Notes under the pieces: model-generated | What the model saw: the letters and a program-made list of their open reading frames with translations, nothing else | Databases searched by the model: none | Told to the model about the DNA's origin: nothing | Origin: Okamejei kenojei | Lineage: Eukaryota | Assembly: GCA_035221665.1 (NCBI GenBank) | Contig: CM069160.1 | Coordinates: 4,340,001-4,404,000, forward strand | Reading direction: 5' to 3' | DNA: 64,000 nt | Shown here: piece after piece, positions 62,287 through 64,000 of the stretch | Layout: every line of letters begins with the position of its first letter | How positions within the stretch are numbered: position 1 is the first letter of the stretch | Program-made: the position numbers and the translations under genes

Positions 62287-62612
62287 TCACTGCCGCGCTC
62301 GTTTAGTGGGTTTCGGAAAGCAATGAAAAATAATTTTCGTCCCGTTCATCAGCTCCTGTCTGTATGTGCTTTGGGTCATTGCATAGATACAAGTATTGGC
62401 GTAGGAGCTGACGCGAATGAGCAAGACCCACACCTCATTGATGATGTTCGAGAGCCTTATGAGATCCAAGCCCGCAAAATTAATAGTAATTCGGGCACAG
62501 AAGCAAATCATCGCTCCCGTCGTCCGCAGTAACATGGTGGTTGCCGACACCGTGAAGAGTAAGGCAATAGACTTACGCCGATTCTCCTCAGTGTCCTTGC
62601 CATCGCGAATTA
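62287..62612 (-). pseudogene. GPR139/GPR142-like GPCR, C-terminal fragment (ICL3-TM6-TM7)
   Basis: Open frame GKDTEENRRKSIALLFTVSATTMLL...SSYANTCIYAMTQSTYRQELM; the same motifs as at 24240-24512. TM1-5 not recognisable upstream. Confidence 0.75.
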
Positions 62613-64000
62613 GCTAATCATGCTTCCTACATTCGTATTTAGTTTGTGAATGGAAATCGCAAACAACAGTCTCAACGCCGATCCCTGCCGTAACCCGCAC
62701 GTCACAGACTTCCAGTCGCAAAACACAATCATCATATCCCCATCTCTCCCTCACCCCCCCCCCCCCCCCCCCCCCCCAACCTTTCACCCAACTTACTAAC
62801 AAACCAATTTTCCTTGTGGCGATGTATCCGCTGGGTCTCATCCTTTGAAACATTCTCCCATGCGGGACGTGTCAAATCCGAACAGACGCCTCCAATGAAG
62901 ACATCCGAGGTGAGGTGGCAGTGGGGTAGAATTGGTAGGTTTGTTTAGCGCTGTCACTTCTAAAGCAGTGATCACCGTCCCAGGCATGCACATCCAACAT
63001 TAACATCGGAAGGAAGTCCCAATCAGTATCTCTAATCATGTGCTTTAAGCAACAAGAACAAATTAAAGCTTTTTTAAGATAAATAAAATATCATTTAATT
63101 GAAATGTAAATTCGTTTTATTATATTCTTCCTTTAGACGAGCTGGCCGAATAAAGAGACTGAAGACAGATCTCAAACGGAAATGTCGCCTATTCATTGCC
63201 CCCGCAGATACACCGTGATGCGCTAGTTCGTACATCACTTTGCGTTTGACGAAATCATGAGGGTGATATCATCCCGCCGGCGCACGTAATCCGCCAGCTG
63301 TTCCACCCTTGAACCAGTGGGTCCCGCCTCCCCCGTTCTGATCAGCTGTCGGAAGTCTCTTCAACAGCAGGAAATAGTATATCTTTTAAGCATGACCATG
63401 ACTGTCATTGTGTTCTTTACCAGCAAGCAGTGACAATCGAATACGGGATTCAATTCTAAAATGGGTAGTGGGGGTTTCGATTCAGTATTTTTAAGTTTCT
63501 TTTAAGCTACAACTTTTATTCACCCGATCATTTCGCTCCAGGGACTCTGCTTGGCCCGCAGAATTATTCCGGTACGTTGTGTTTTGCTCAATCATTATGG
63601 TAAACTACATTAAATTAATTCGAAAGACTGCTTGTGGCCGACACGTCTATTTGGATACGAACGTAGTCAGAACAGAGAAACAAACGAGGCAAGGTGCGGC
63701 GGGTAAACGGTCAGGTATCGAGAGGAGCCGTGGGATTCATATTGATGACCGCCAATGTGGGTCGGCCTGAAAAACGAAAACCGCACGGATTGTATGCATT
63801 TATGACCGAGGGATAAAACATAGAACGGCAACAGTGCAGGAATTGGGCGTTCGGTCGACAATATCCGCGCCGAGCATGATTCCAAGTTGCACCAATCTTT
63901 TCTATCTGCACATGATCCGTATCCTTTCGTCCCTGCAAATCCATGTGCCACCATTTATGCCTCCATCACTCCCCCTGCCAGCGCGTTCCTGTCACCGACC

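Noticed and set aside
63180-63800. CpG-rich unique sequence, possible exon
   Set aside because: No recognisable protein motif or convincing splice-bounded frame.

Overview
Repeat-rich vertebrate genomic DNA, most likely from a cartilaginous fish (skate/ray type). This is inferred from HE1/V-SINE-like SINEs, abundant CR1 LINEs, Penelope-derived short repeats and GPR139/142-like genes. The window looks like an MHC class I-type immune locus. (1) The first coding exon of a RING/B-box TRIM gene lies at the left edge (minus strand). (2) A very young 4.9-kb endogenous retrovirus (8809-13734) has near-identical LTRs, a 4-bp TSD and a tRNA-Pro PBS; gag-pol is largely deleted but a full-length ERV3/HERV-I-type env remains. 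(3) A two-exon GPR139/142-like GPCR gene lies at about 22.7-24.5 kb, with a second fragment at about 62.3-62.6 kb. (4) A non-classical MHC class I heavy-chain gene on the minus strand has alpha1, alpha2, alpha3 and TM/cytoplasmic exons (32785-38819). The rest is nested transposable elements: CR1, L1, Tx1, L2, Rex1, RTE, Penelope-like, IR-DR Tc1 and a Harbinger MITE, plus minisatellites and a 150-N gap. The two LTRs differ almost only by homopolymer-type indels, so the assembly probably carries long-read indel errors. The frameshifts in TRIM, env, MHC-I and the GPCR therefore cannot be taken as proof of pseudogenisation. All translations across frameshifts are manual reconstructions.
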